From positions 558,001 through 622,000 of the forward strand of contig JALMLS010000376.1 in NCBI GenBank assembly GCA_038496445.1: a DNA stretch of 64,000 nt, read 5' to 3'. Position 1 is the stretch's first letter, and each line of letters opens with the position of its first letter. This document shows, piece by piece, positions 27,745 to 40,614 of this stretch. The notes beneath the pieces were generated by a model. It was not told where the DNA came from. It did not search any database and saw nothing but the letters and a program-made list of their open reading frames with translations. Made by a program: the position numbers and the translations under genes. Source of the DNA: Trichosphaerium sp. ATCC 40318 (Eukaryota; Protista; Tubulinea).

Positions 27745-28878
27745 TTACAGATTATAATACTTTAGTTCTCCATCTTGACGCCATGATTTAATTTCGCCCT
27801 GTTTACCCTCAACCCACAGAGAATAGATCTTTAGTTGTCCATTTTCATACCATACTTTACTTTCACCATGTTGTTTACCATCAACCCATGTGGATTGGCT
27901 ACGAAGTTTTCCATTTTCATACCATGATTTACGTTCACCATGTTGTTTACCATCAACCCATGTGCCTTGCTCCTCAAGTTGCCCATTTTCAAACCATATT
28001 TTACTTTCACCATGTTGTTTATCATCAACCCACATGCATTGGTCCTTAAGATTTCCATTTTCATACCATCCTTTACTTTCACCATTTTGTTTACCATCAG
28101 CCCACATGGATTGACCCTCAAGTTGTCCATTTTCATGCCAATCTTTACGTTCACCATGCTGTTTACCACCAACCAATGTGCATTGGATCTTTAGTTGTCC
28201 ATTTCTAAACCATGCTTTACGTTCAACATGCTGTTTACCATCAACCAATGTGCATTGGATCTTTAGTTGGCCATTTCTAAACCACAATTTACTTTCACCA
28301 TGCTGTTTACCCTCAACCCATGTGGATTGGCTACGAAGTTTTCCATTTTCATACCATGATTTACGTTCACCATGTTGTTTACCATTAACCAATGTGCATT
28401 GGATCTTTAGTTGTCCATTTCTAAACCATGCTTTACGTTCACCATGCTGTTTACCACCAACCAATGTGCATTGGATCTTTAGTTGGCCATTTCTAAACCA
28501 TGATTTACTTTCACCATGCTGTTTACCATCAACCCACACAGTTTGCCGTTTTAGTTGTCCATTATCGTACCATGACTTACTCTCACCTTGTTTTTTACCA
28601 TTAACCGATATGTGCTGCTCCTTGAGCGATCCATTCAAATACCATTCTTTATACAATCCATTCACTGCATATTGGTGGGAATGTACCTTTCCACTTTTGT
28701 ACCATCTTATCCATATCCCTTTTCTTTCTAACATTTCATCAAAATGTGTATTTGTCGCAGCTCTCTTTGATAGAGTGTGGAACTTTGTGAATGTTTCCAT
28801 ATTGAATGTACAAATATGGGTTTGAAGTTCGCATGGAATATCCAACAAACTCAAACAACAACCCAATTCACTAGACAA
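27745..28878 (-). CDS. F-box-like N-terminus plus about 12-13 MORN-variant (YwqK-like) 24-aa repeats, copy A; start codon uncertain
   Basis: SLLDIPCELQTHICTF, then 72-bp repeats GE(S/R)KxWyeNGqLxxQxxWVDGKQH; uninterrupted ORF; the TTG start is not confirmed and the first in-frame ATG lies after the F-box core. Confidence 0.85.
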   Translation of the reverse strand: MSSELGCCLSLLDIPCELQTHICTFNMETFTKFHTLSKRAATNTHFDEMLERKGIWIRWYKSGKVHSHQYAVNGLYKEWYLNGSLKEQHISVNGKKQGESKSWYDNGQLKRQTVWVDGKQHGESKSWFRNGQLKIQCTLVGGKQHGERKAWFRNGQLKIQCTLVNGKQHGERKSWYENGKLRSQSTWVEGKQHGESKLWFRNGQLKIQCTLVDGKQHVERKAWFRNGQLKIQCTLVGGKQHGERKDWHENGQLEGQSMWADGKQNGESKGWYENGNLKDQCMWVDDKQHGESKIWFENGQLEEQGTWVDGKQHGERKSWYENGKLRSQSTWVDGKQHGESKVWYENGQLKIYSLWVEGKQGEIKSWRQDGELKYYNL

Positions 28879-29427
28879 TTTTTTTTTACATGGACGTGAC
28901 TTAAAAAATCGTAAGTGGTAGAAAATTAATAGGTAACTCGTTCAGTAATCGCATACAGCAAAAATCAATCATAAAAAAAAAACTACAACGTCTGTGTGCT
29001 TGTTATCAAAAGCATAGCCTCAAAAACAAAACAAATCATTGTATTATGCTGTTAAATTTGTTATTCACGTTACATATCTCAGCCGCAGTAGCTGTAGCTT
29101 ATTTACATCGTGTTTTACGTACCATATTGAATAAAGGCTTCTAATCGTATGTAAAATGTCTTCGTTATGGTTTAGCGCTACCTGTGTGACTTGTTGTCTT
29201 CAAAGAACAGTATTCGCGGTTTTACTAGGAACTGACTTTTTTGTACCGGCTTAGCCGGGACCGAACCACGATGGCTCCACTTGAAAGTTGAAATAATACG
29301 ATTTCAACGGGTAGTTGATATTTACAGATTAGTCAAAATGAACCCATTAGTAAATCTTGAAAAATAGTTTTCGCAAACGATGAGTATCTAGCATTCGACA
29401 ATATTCTGTAAATTGCTTCTATTTTAA

Positions 29428-29460
29428 ATCACGTGATTGTTGTGGCGGCCAATGAGTCAA
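29428..29460 (+). promoter_or_regulatory. Candidate promoter module upstream of the LRR gene: ATCACGTGAT E-box, CCAAT and TGAGTCA
   Basis: atcacgtgattgttgtggcggccaatgagtcaa, retained in the inverted copy at about 40547-40580 (conservation may reflect recent duplication only). Confidence 0.4.
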
Positions 29461-29543
29461 CCAGGGTAAACTTAGGAAGCGTCAAGATTATTCAGCACAT
29501 CGCGAGATTGTGCGTGCAGTACGGAATACAGAATAAGGTTAAA

Positions 29544-30972
29544 ATGGAGTCTAGCAGTAACTCAAGTCGAAGGTATCGTCTAATACTCTATTTCACAGTT
29601 TTTAACCATCACGCCGTTCTAAAAGTCTTCTACTAGTGCCGAAACGAGTCTTTTGGACATACCAACAGAGATTTTAGTTCTTATTTTCCTTTTTACGACA
29701 AAAGCTCGATTTGCAGTTTGTCAAACTTGTCGTTGCTTTGCATCTATTATTCACGATATTATTGGCTACACACAAGTAATAATTAGACACATTAAAGGAG
29801 CGAAAAAATTCATATCATACAAAGGGTGTTTGAAACACACAAGGATTGACTTGGCTAGTTGCTTTCCTGCAAAGTTTGTAGCGAAGTTTGCTGGAGTTCA
29901 TACCATTAATCTTTATTGTAAGAGTGTAAAAAATCACGCAATTAAAGCACTTGCTGGAGTTCATACAATTAATCTTAGTGACTGTTGGAGCATTAAAGAT
30001 AAAGGTATTAAAGCGCTTGCTGGGGTTCATACCATTGATCTTCAAGAATGTGACAACATTACAGCTGAAGGTGTTAAAGCACTTGCTGGAGTTCATACCA
30101 TTGATCTTAGTCACTGTGAGAAGATAACAGATGAAGGTATTAAAGCACTCAAAGGAGTTCATACCATTTATCTTAGTCACTGTGAGAAGATAACAGATGA
30201 AGGTATTAAAGCACTCGCTGGAGTTCATGAAATTGATCTTACTGGATGCAACAAGATAACAGATGAAGGGATTAAAGCGCTAGCTGGAGTTCATACCATC
30301 GATCTTAGTTACTGTGAGAATATAACAGATGCAGGTATTAAAGCACTCAAAGGAGTTCATACCATTGTTCTTAGTTACTGTGGCAATATAACAGATGAAG
30401 GGGTTATAGCGCTAGCTGGAGTTCATACAATTGATCTCAGTTACTGTGAGAAGATAGCAGATGAAGGCATTAAAGCACTCAAAGGAGTTCACACAATTAA
30501 TCTTAAATATAGTTTTAAGATTTCTTATTTGGGTGTTAAAGCACTTGCTGGAGTTCATACCATTAATCTTAATTCCTGTGACAATATAACAGATGAAGGG
30601 GTTATAGCGCTAGCTGGAGTTCATACAATTGATCTCAGTTACTGTGAGAAGATAACAGATGAAGGGATTAAAGCACTCAAAGGAGTTCATACCATTGATC
30701 TCAGTTACTGTGAGAATATAACAGATGAAGGCATTAAAGCACTCAAAGGAGTTTATGATATTGATCTTACTGAATGCGACAATATAACAGATGAAGGGGT
30801 TATAGCGCTAGCTGGAGTTCATACAATTGATCTCAGTTACTGTGAGAAGATAACAGATGAAGGGATTAAAGCACTCAAAGGAGTTTATGATATTGATCTT
30901 ACTGAATGCAACAATATAACAGATGAAGGTATTACAGCACTCAAAGGAGCACATGAAATTACATTTGGTTAA
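29544..30972 (+). CDS. F-box plus 16 cysteine-containing 22-aa LRRs, copy A; exon 1 29544-29572, intron 29573-29636
   Basis: Spliced start MESSSNSSRSAETSLLDIPTEILVLIFLF; 66-bp repeats LAGVHTIDLxxCxxITDEGIKA. Confidence 0.9.
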
Positions 30973-31729
30973 GATAACAGACAAAAAGGGATCACTTGCT
31001 GAAGTTTGTAGTTATTAGTATCAGTAAAAATTGTTGTTATCCTTTATTGTAAAGATAGATTATTAATAACAAGATTTTATTCTTTAACTCCACCGGACAA
31101 CAATTACCTCCAAGAGAGAACATTATTAGTGCCAGGTCCAAAACAGGGTTGAGCTACATTGTTCTTGGGTACAACAGATTCGCTTCTATAGCTGGTGTTT
31201 TGAACGCTGTTACTACTGAGAACAGTAAACACTGTTGCTATTTGCCTTGTTTGAAATCATCTTCGCTAGCGACAATGGTTCTTATTGTTGTTCCCTTGAA
31301 ATAACAAGCGTTAGATGCTTACATGTAGCAAGTTTTTAGGCAAAATTAAGTCGCTAAAAGTTGGAAAAAAAGAGGATTGATTTTAATACATCAATGTACC
31401 TGCTATGTTGTTGGAGTCTAAATTGAAAATGAAACTTTCTTGCAGTTTTTGTAAGTGACCATCAATGAAAACTTGTTGTCTGTACATGTTTTCTCTAAGT
31501 CACTACACATTTTTTTTATGACATTTTCGTTGCAACTTAACTGTACTTGCTTACAGCAACACAAAACGAACAAATCTTCTCTAACCACGCGTCTCCGATA
31601 CTTCAATTGTACGTATTCAGGCTCAAGAGCTTTTTAAAGTGCAATGTCGTTTCTATTCTCTAAACCATCTCCAAAACGACTTTTTAACCGTCCGTTGTAC
31701 CACTAAACGCCAACTAAACTTATTTTTAG

Positions 31730-32263
31730 ATGAGTGCAACAACACCACGTCTAGATGCGTTGATTGTAGAATTACGAGAGCTTCACACAAGCATTGGGTT
31801 CAGCGACGAGGAAATAATCAGTATGATGAAGCTACATGATGATGTAGGTAAAATTGACAATGAACGTACTTCTTTCCAAAACTTGGGAGCAGTTGTGATG
31901 AGTGCTTTTACAATATTTTCTCTTTTTGATGAGAATAATGTCCCAGAAAGCGTCTACAGCAAGTGGATCTCTAAAAAGCTTAAAGAGTACTCTGAGTTCG
32001 AGGTAAGCCAAGATGTGAAGGATATATGCGCTGCAGAGGGAGCTAAGATGGTAGCTATTGTATCAATGGGTGGTGTTTCTGAAGATGAACTATTTAAAGA
32101 AGTTGGTTTTATGAGCAAGATGTATTGTATTTGTAAGCCACATGGTATTGGTTTAGAAGTGTTATTGAAGATTGCTTCTTATTATAAAGAGTTTGATGCC
32201 GAGGTTGATAGTTTTGGTGGTGATCATGCAGTGTACATGATGAGACTTGTAGGAAATCAATAA
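31730..32263 (+). CDS. Intronless hypothetical protein, 177 aa
   Basis: ATG-initiated ORF with protein-like composition; AATAAA at the stop; no recognised domain. Confidence 0.7.
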   Translation: MSATTPRLDALIVELRELHTSIGFSDEEIISMMKLHDDVGKIDNERTSFQNLGAVVMSAFTIFSLFDENNVPESVYSKWISKKLKEYSEFEVSQDVKDICAAEGAKMVAIVSMGGVSEDELFKEVGFMSKMYCICKPHGIGLEVLLKIASYYKEFDAEVDSFGGDHAVYMMRLVGNQ

Positions 32264-32473
32264 AATAAAACCCTAGAAATACCTTCCGAAATTCGTTGTC
32301 GTTTCACTAGTCACTCGGCTGTGTGATTTCGTGTTTTACTTGTACTGGAGGTCTATTTACGGAATATGAGGATTATATAAGTGTCTTACGCTCATAGCTG
32401 GTGAACTCTTTGTCGATTTTGAAACTGGGGCATTTTAGTTTTCAAAAAAAATTTTACACTTTTCGTTTTTTAT

Positions 32474-34986
32474 TTACATGGAGGTTTTTATATTTTTTAT
32501 GACTGGTGCGCCTCTTGACTCTTTAACAGCAGTTCTAAAATATTCAATATCAGTAAGATACCCACACTGACAAACAACGAAAAAACCATCAAATTACTCG
32601 GTTCTTTTTTGAATTGAAACAAATCTTGTACTGTACCTAAAACTTGGCAGATGTATTTTAGCACTTGGGCTTCGCCTTGTACGTGTTGATACACGTTCGC
32701 GCACTTTAGGGCTATGATGCTCTAGTACCACATCACAGCTCTTGGCGTTATGTGGCTCAATACTGTCTTCATCTTCTGAGTCACTCCTAAAATATGTTAA
32801 AAACTGTCCGACGGAAGCAGTGATAACAATAATGATGCGAAAAAGAAGTGTGGTTTAATAAAATTGTAAGTATTGACGCAAAAATAAAGGACGAACAGAA
32901 AGATGATGAATTAAGCAGACTCTGATTTTTTTAGTCACGTGCTTCAAAACGTGACGCAAAATGTTTACATTACTGTTCGTAGAAATAGAAAAATAATATT
33001 AATAAATAGGAGTGCGTACAATTCAAATAATACATCTGATGGAGGAACCTCAAAAGTACCAAGATCCGGATCACCTACACAATTTGTTAGCAATAAGAAT
33101 AAAAAATGAATACCAAATGTCAATGTTTAACATTGAATTATAATTCATGTTCTTGGTCATACGTACTTTCACTTCTTGTTCCTCTCCACGGCAACGCTCT
33201 AGTATCCACCTCTGTTTTAAGTTCACCAGTCTCGATTCTATCATATTGATCTGAGTTCAAAAGCGCAGACATGTCAAAAGCAGAATCAGCTGATTTTGAT
33301 CTACACAACGCTGTTGTTCGCTTCCTTAATCCCATTTTTACCAATTGAAGTGCTTTTTCGACCTTAGGATCAGTACTAGATAAGCTAGATTCACTCAAAT
33401 TGGACAATCTTCTAACTCTATGAGTTGATGTTTCTACTCGCTTTTCTGGTGGTGCTGAATCTCTGTACTCATTCCTTTTCTCACATCTTAAAGCTTCTCC
33501 TAAGGCAAGTCCAAGAAGTCCTATGGGCTTTGATACATCGAGGGGTTGGTGTGTCATGGCGGAAGAAAATATACAGTCTTTAACATTAAGTTTATCTTTA
33601 TCAGATTGCCAAGCATTATATCGTTTAAGTAAAGGTTCGATAACATCGTTTAGTGTTTGATGGATATCACATTTCATAGATGTATGCGTATTAGGGAGTA
33701 CAAATCTCAAATAAAACCGTTTATCCTCTAACAAACAAGTTAGAAAAAGTCATACAAAAAAAAAAAGACTTGTTCAATTCAATAGGATTTTTCTAAAACA
33801 GAAATAACGGTACCTGCTCGTGATTTTGGTGTGTGACATGTTATGGTATCTCCAGGAGATAGATTAAGGTTCGATATAGGTAAATCAACATCAAGGACTA
33901 CACCCTTTGCATTTGTGACATTGTAGTCGTTGATTTTGAATGTAGTATTTTTAACTTTTTCAAGAACACGTGATATCCCTGTGCGCAGATCTTCTGTCAA
34001 TGAAAACTTTTCAGCACGTGTTTGTAAAGGTAATGCGATCCTAAGAATGATACCGTCTACATAGGAATTAGAAAAAAAACCGCACGTCTACAACTGTAAG
34101 GCGTTTGCATCTGCTCACCTGTAGGTAATGTTTTTATTTCTGTTGGAGCCTTCCATTGATCATACCGAGATACATCTTTCCATGGAGTATTACCTCCTTT
34201 AAATACCCAATCTTTGTACACAGCGCAAGTGATTAATTCTATTGAGGTGGCATAAATAATATAATAAAGTCAAGAACAAAGTAACTACGCCGAGAGATAA
34301 ATTATCTGAAAGTATGCGCAAAAAGTCGAGATTAGGATTGAACAAAAAAAAAAAAAGTGCATTATTGGCGTGTGGGTAATGGGCTGAAAAACTCCTTGAC
34401 GCCGAACCATCAACTGCAGAATGGTAGATAAGCGTGAACGCACTTTGTTTTCTTAATTCATCGAGAAGAATTATAGCGTCATCGGAGGGTAACCCATACT
34501 CCTTAGAAACTTCGTATATAGCCTCGGACGCTATCGAATAAATTAATAAGTATATAAAACTTTTTTACAGCAACCACTGCACCTCCACGTGCGCAATAAA
34601 AAAAAATAGATTTACGCCTACCTATAAACACACCATGATATTGCTTGTCGAGGAAGGTTATATTTGATTGTAAAGTTACTTTGTTCTGTATTATACCGAG
34701 TAATGCTACTGCGTCGTATAGAGAGTTTAAAATCTGTTGTTTTTTTAATGTTATTAGATTAAAATAAATTCAATTATTAGAGACAGCTTTAATTGGGCCT
34801 ACATACCTCCTTTGCGTTTGAGGTATTTTCGGGTTTAACTGGTTGAGGGTTTAATCGTGCTTTACCTATAACTGTTGCCATGTGAAGTGGTAAGCACATA
34901 ATTTTGAACAGAAATTACATAATTTTTTCAAGTGTATCGTACCTTTTTTTTTTTCCTGAATAGTCATAGAAACTTGGTCGCTTCAT
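32474..34986 (-). CDS. Hypothetical protein with tandem ubiquitin-like/Ras-binding-type domains and a Ser-rich tail, multi-exon
   Basis: ILRIALPLQTRAEKFSL...VLDVDLPISNLNLSPGDTITC and FYLRFVLPNTHTSMKCDIHQTLNDVIEPLLKRY...PLDVSKPIGLLGL resemble beta-grasp folds. Confidence 0.55.
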
Positions 34987-35375
34987 ACCTAGAGAAATAC
35001 AAGCGCGGTACTTCGTTAAAGAATAAAGCCTTTTAATGGAACGAACTGTCAGGATGTAAGAGCGTATGTGTTGTATCAAACGATTGAAGATGTGCTTTAC
35101 ACATGTACTTTCACATTAAATCTACTTAATGGTACAATGCTGGTACAGTTTCTCCAACGATATTGACAGCTGGCACGAAAGGACGTGTCGCCAAAGCTAG
35201 AAAAAGTGTAATGCCATTAAAACGGTTATTTGAAGTTTGGTCATTTGCACAAACGCGCAATGACTAACCCACTCGTTTTTTGCGTTCGCCAATGCATCAA
35301 TGAAATGTCTTCAGACTGTGGAGCAATTTCGGTTTTAATTTCACGTAAAGTCTGAAGCATAAACAATAAATAACA

Positions 35376-38300
35376 ATGCAGTTCGCATCAAGTTACGCTT
35401 GGGTTGGTAAAGCCAAAAAGGATGAGAAAGAAGTATTTTCTAAAGGTTGGCGTTAGTTTTAATTATACAACCGTCTAATACGCCTATGTAGACGCTCTAC
35501 AATCAGCACCGCAGAAGAAACGTAAAAAGAGAGCTGTACGAAGATCATCTTTAGCCAAGGTACACTTACATATTGTACATACCTATGTTAATAAAGCACG
35601 TAGAGGTCTGCTCCTCCGGCGCCGCCACAAAAAGCTTCACAGTCCAAGCCAAGCCTTCTTGGTGGCTTTTTATCAGCGTTGTACGTCTTTTAGGCACTTG
35701 TAGGAGTCTTGGGCAAAAAAAGAAAAAAAACACAATCCTCTTCGTTATACGCCCTCATAAACGCGTTGAGTTTGCATAACTAACTGTAAAAATAGCGGCA
35801 GTTCAAATTCGAAAAAAAGCTCTGGACAGGCCTATGCAGCAGCTGCGCCACCAAGAGATATGGATGAGTTTTTGGACGATTGCAGCAGCGACGATGAAGA
35901 TGATTGGGGAAGTGACAGCGAAGATGAGCTTCAAGAAATGCAACTAGACCAAAAAGAGATCAAAGATAAAACACGCGCTGTACGTTCTTTTATTTCAAAA
36001 CAAACAAAGGAAGCCAACTTTTTGGTGTTTTTTTTCAACAAATTGCATTTTGTTTTACTTGAAAATTGACTCTTTACTTCTTCAGGTGCGTAAAGCGGAT
36101 ACAAATATTGTATCTCTTAATCTCGGTACTCTTGCTGAAGGTGTAGCTATGTTCACAGGAGACCCTGTGTTCTGTACAAATTGTAAAGCTGTGTTCAGCA
36201 CGTGCAGGTTCGATTTCTTTTTTTTTGTAGTCCGGAGAACACGTGTTCAAAGTATCACGTTCAACCCGTTTAGAAACGTTTTGTCTTAACATAGCTTTTA
36301 GTAAGATCACCAGTGGCGGTGATGGTGCTGGTAAAGGAAAAGAGGAAGAGGACGAGGATGAAACTTCGTGGAAGTGTGAATTTTGCGGTGAAGTTCAAGA
36401 AATCATGTTGGAAGAAGAAGAGGTAAATATGAGTTATGCTTTGTAACGTTCGCTCACGCTATTTTTTCTAGATACCTAAACATGATACTATTGATTATAT
36501 CCTTCAACCTCCAAAGTTTAAGGACAACGAAGCAGAGAAAATTGTTGTCTTTTGCATTGGTATGTTGTAAAAATTAGTTTGTAAAATTTATTTCGTACTT
36601 ACTTTACTGCTTTAAAGATGTATCTGGATCTATGTGTATCACAACAGAGGTCAACAGCGATGATTTTAAATTAAAGAAAACTAAAAAATCAGAGTTGGAG
36701 CAATACATTGACCGTAAGCAGCCCTTGCTTCTACTTGATTAAATTTCTTAAATACTAACCAGATATTGCAGGTAACGGAGGTGGCGGTTTAGCAGATCAA
36801 TGGATGCCTAATGAGAAACGAGGTGTTACATATGTCTCTCGCTTGCAATGTGTACAAGCTGCTGTAGACGCTCAATTACAATCTCTCAGTAAAGAAGCGA
36901 ACAGCAAGGCAGTCATTGGTATGTTGGGTTTTTTTTTACGCTTTTTTTTTTTTTTGAGTTTTGTTGTGCTAACATTATTGAAGTTACGTTTGGTAATGAT
37001 GTCATCGTTTATGATTACCAAGATAAACCTCATGTTGTTACTGGAGATAAATTGAATGACTGGGACATATTGAGCACTATTTACGAAGATTTGAATATTG
37101 ATAAAGTACAACCTGTCAAAGCTTGCTTAGACCAGCTTCAGAATCGTATTTGGAGTCTTGAAGAGGGTGGCAAAACTGCATTGGGACCTGCACTTTTGGT
37201 ATCTACTGGTATTGCAAGTACTTGCGCAGGTTCATCTGTTGTGCTTTGTACTGATGGTACGACAAGACTTTTCGTAAGATTTTGTCAACTCACTTTTGCG
37301 TTCAGGTTTGGCTAATGTTGGTCTTGGTGCTCTTGAAATCTCTGAAGATGAAGCTCAAGCTTTCTACGATAAAGTAGCTCAAAAGGCTTTGAGTGCTGGT
37401 ATCGCTGTGAATGTTGTCAGTATCAAGGGCACAAACTGTAATCTAGGTATGAAAAGTTTTGTTTTTGCAGTGTTTTTTCTTACCTTTTTTTTAGAGTTTG
37501 TCGGTAAAGTGTCTGCAGATACTAAGGGTGTTAGCCATGTCGCTGATCCACTCAAACTGTCTAAGAACTTCAACTACATTTTGAAGAATGCTGTAATTGC
37601 TACAGACTGTACAATCAAGATGATAATGCACAAAGGTTTATCATTCCGTGATGTTGATGGTAAACAAACAATTGCTTCTGTAAACGTAGGAAATGTAACA
37701 GTACGTACAAACAGACTACTTTTGTATCCAAAATGATCACGTGATAAAAGAGAAAAGATCATGTGATCGAGTTAAACTCAAAAACTTATGTGTTCTTTTT
37801 AGAAAGAGTCTGTTGTTTCTTTCGAGTACTTTATGAAGTCAGGTGAAGGTATAGACAAATTATTCGAGAATCTCACAGAGCTACCTTTCCAAGTCCAAGT
37901 ACGTTAATGTTACTTTCAAAAAAAGTAGAGTAGTAGAGCTAGAGTCCTCTAACAAACCGTATTTTGTTATTTCGACATTTCTTTGTTTTTTTTTTTTTTT
38001 GGCTGTACTTATTTTCTTTTAGATTAACTATACTAAACTCGATTCTACTAAATGTATTCGTGTCATTTCAAAGGCTGAAAAGATTACAAAAGACAGAGAT
38101 GTTGCTGAACAGAATATTAATGTCAATGTTGTTGGTTTACACTCTCAACAGCAAGCAGCAAAGCTTGCACAACAAGGTCTTTACACAAAGGCTAGAATGA
38201 AGCAGGTAGAGTTTTTATTCAAGTTCACAAGCGGGTTAACTCCCGAGGAAGCTTTTTTTGTAGCACTTCAAGTTTTGTCTTTTTCGTCTTCAAATGTTCC

Positions 38301-38739
38301 TTTCTATTTTAATCTAACGTTTTTACTAGAAAGCCAACTTACGTATGGTCAAGAGACAACTCAAATCAAAGAATACTTCAGAGCAAAAGAAACAATTCGG
38401 GTACACTTGAAGAAAATAAGGTTTTGGTTTTTTTCTTACTTGCTTTGTAGTTTGTGGGAAATTGAGGCTTCTCGTCTTGATAATGCTATTCTTGAAGAGC
38501 AACAGTGTTTAGATGATGGTGACATGTATGATTCTGCTTCAGAGGATGATTCTTTCGGAGAGGAAGAGATTAAAGACGAAGAAGAGATTCAACAAAAAGC
38601 AATCAAAAATGTTAAACGTCAAAAAACACGTGCTGCAAGAAGACGTAAAAATGATAAGGTATCTAATGCGTTATACCAAGCACAGAATGCAATGTTTAGT
38701 GACTTTACATTTGCAAAAAGTCCACTACACGAAAAGTAA
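35376..38739 (+). CDS. Sec23/24-like zinc finger plus vWA protein resembling the non-Ras part of circularly permuted Ras protein 1, multi-exon
   Basis: MQFASSYAWV start; TGDPVFCTNCKAV...WKCEFCG; VFCIDVSGSMC; YVSRLQCVQAAV; TALGPALL; VVLCTDGLANVGLG. Confidence 0.85.
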
Positions 38740-38903
38740 GGGCTAGCTAGATTCCTATTGTATTTTAATAAAAAATTGAAAAACAACTTAGTGTTCTCCG
38801 CCAATAAGCTTACACGTAGTACCTTTCGCTCCTTTGTTCAATTGGTAGGCCTGAAGCGATTCCCAAGTTTCCGCCACGTTTGACTATATGGACATGTGTT
38901 AAA

Positions 38904-38992
38904 CCATGTGGGTTGATGGTAAACAACATGGCGAAAGTGCTAGATACTCCCAGTGCTTTTTGGCTGATAATAAAAAGAATGGTGAAAGCAAA
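38904..38992 (+). pseudogene. Orphan MORN-variant repeat fragment abutting the 3' end of duplicated LRR segment B
   Basis: Matches 41199-41308 with a 21-nt internal deletion and a few substitutions. Confidence 0.85.
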
Positions 38993-38993
38993 C

Positions 38994-40614
38994 AAAAGGA
39001 TAACAACAATTTATACACCAATTTTTACTGATACTGTTTAATAACTACAAACTTCAGCAAGTGATCCCTTTTTGTATATTGTCTTCATATAAAACCAAAT
39101 GTAATTTCATGCGCTCCTTTGAGTGCTTTAATACCTTCATCTGTTATCTTCTCACAGTGACTAAGAACAATGGTATGAACTCCTTTGAGTGCTTTAATAC
39201 CTGAATCTGTTATCTTCCCACAGTAACTAAGATCAATTGTATGAACTCCAGCTAACGCTATAACCCCTTCATCTGTTATCTTTTTGCATTCAGTAAGATT
39301 AATTTTATGAACTCCAGCAAGTGCTTTAATGCCTTCATCTGTTATCTTGTTGCATTCAGTAAGATCAATATCATAAACTCCTTTGAGTGCTTTAATCCCT
39401 TCATCTGTTATCTTTTTGCATTCAGTAAGATCAATTTTATGAACTCCAGCAAGTGCTTTAATGCCTTCATCTGTTATATTGTCACAGTAACTAAGATAAA
39501 TGGTATGAACTCCAGCTAGCACTTTAATCCCTTCATCTGTTATCTCGCATTCACCAAGGTCAATGGTATGAACTCCAGCAAGTGCTTTAATCCCTTCATC
39601 TGTTATTTTCTTACATTGAACAAGATAAATAGTGTGGACTCCAGCAAGTGCTTTAATACCTTTATCTGTAATGTTCCCACAGCCACTAAGGTCAATTTCA
39701 TGAACTCCAGCAAGTGCTTTAATACCTAAACCTGTTATTTTCTCACAATCACTAAGATTAATAGTGTGGACTCCAGCAAGTGCTTTAACACCCTTATCTG
39801 TAATGTACCAACAGCCGCTAATATTAATTGTGTGAACTCCTTTGAGCGCTGTAATACCTTCATCTGTTATCTTATTGCAGTTTCCGAGGTAAATTTCATG
39901 AACTCCAGCAAGTGCTTTAATACCTTTATCTGTAATTGACCAACAGTTGTTAAGATTAATAGTATGAACTCCAGCAAGTGCTTTAACACCTTCATTTGTA
40001 ATATCGCAATGTTCAGTAAGATCAATAGTATGAACCCCAGCAAGTGCTTTAATATCTTTATCTGTAATGTGCCAACAGCCACTAACATTAATTGTATGAA
40101 CTCCAGCAAACTTCGCTACAAACTTTGCAGGAAAGCAACTAGCCAAGTCAATCCTTGTGTGTTTCAAACACCCTTTGTATGATATGAATTTTTTCGCTCC
40201 TTTAATGTGTCTAATTATTACTCGTGTGTACCCAATAATATCGTGAATAATAGATGCAAAGCAACGACAAGTTTGACAAACTGCAAATCGAGCTTTTGTC
40301 GTAAAAAGGAAAATAAGAACTAAAATCTCTGTTGGTATGTCTAAAAGACTTGTTTCAGCACTAGTAGAAGACATTTAGAACGGCATGATGGTTAAAAACT
40401 GCCAAATAGAGTATTAGACGATACCTTCGACTTGAGTTACTGCTAGACTCCATTTTAACCTTATTCTGTGTATTCCGTACTGCACGCATAATCTCGCAAT
40501 GATTATTCTTGATGATTAATCTTGACGCTTCCTAAGTTTACCCTGGTTGACTCATTGGCCCGCCACAACAATCACGTGATTTAAAATAGACACAATATTG
40601 TCGAAAGCTAGATT
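38994..40614. repeat. Arm B of the inverted segmental duplication (partner about 29388-31045)
   Basis: Reverse-complement similarity to arm A in flanks, intron and F-box region. Confidence 0.9.
39085..40453 (-). CDS. F-box plus 15 cysteine-containing 22-aa LRRs, copy B; intron 40361-40424
   Basis: Same exon 1 and 64-nt intron as copy A; N-terminal region almost identical; the ATG at 40374 used by the ORF track lies within the predicted intron. Confidence 0.9.

Larger units (their letters stand above)
29388..31045. repeat. Arm A of an inverted segmental duplication (partner about 38994-40614)
   Basis: Near-identical upstream region, first intron, F-box region and 3' flank (aaaaagggatcacttgctgaagtttgtagttatta) in opposite orientation. 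Confidence 0.9.

Noticed and set aside
29623-29625. LRR-A as a pseudogene through ATG-to-AAG loss
   Set aside because: That position falls in a predicted 64-nt intron; the upstream ATG at 29544 splices in frame in both copies.
27831-30228. Alternative-frame and antisense ORFs over the MORN and LRR arrays (also 39307-41877)
   Set aside because: Shadows of 72-bp and 66-bp coding repeats.
36198-36301. GC-AG intron in the vWA gene
   Set aside because: A GT donor at 36208 with the acceptor at 36301 gives the better in-frame AVFSTCSKIT.
29388-40614. Composite transposon with long terminal inverted repeats
   Set aside because: No transposase, integrase or target-site duplication seen, and two of the three enclosed genes are ordinary intron-rich genes.
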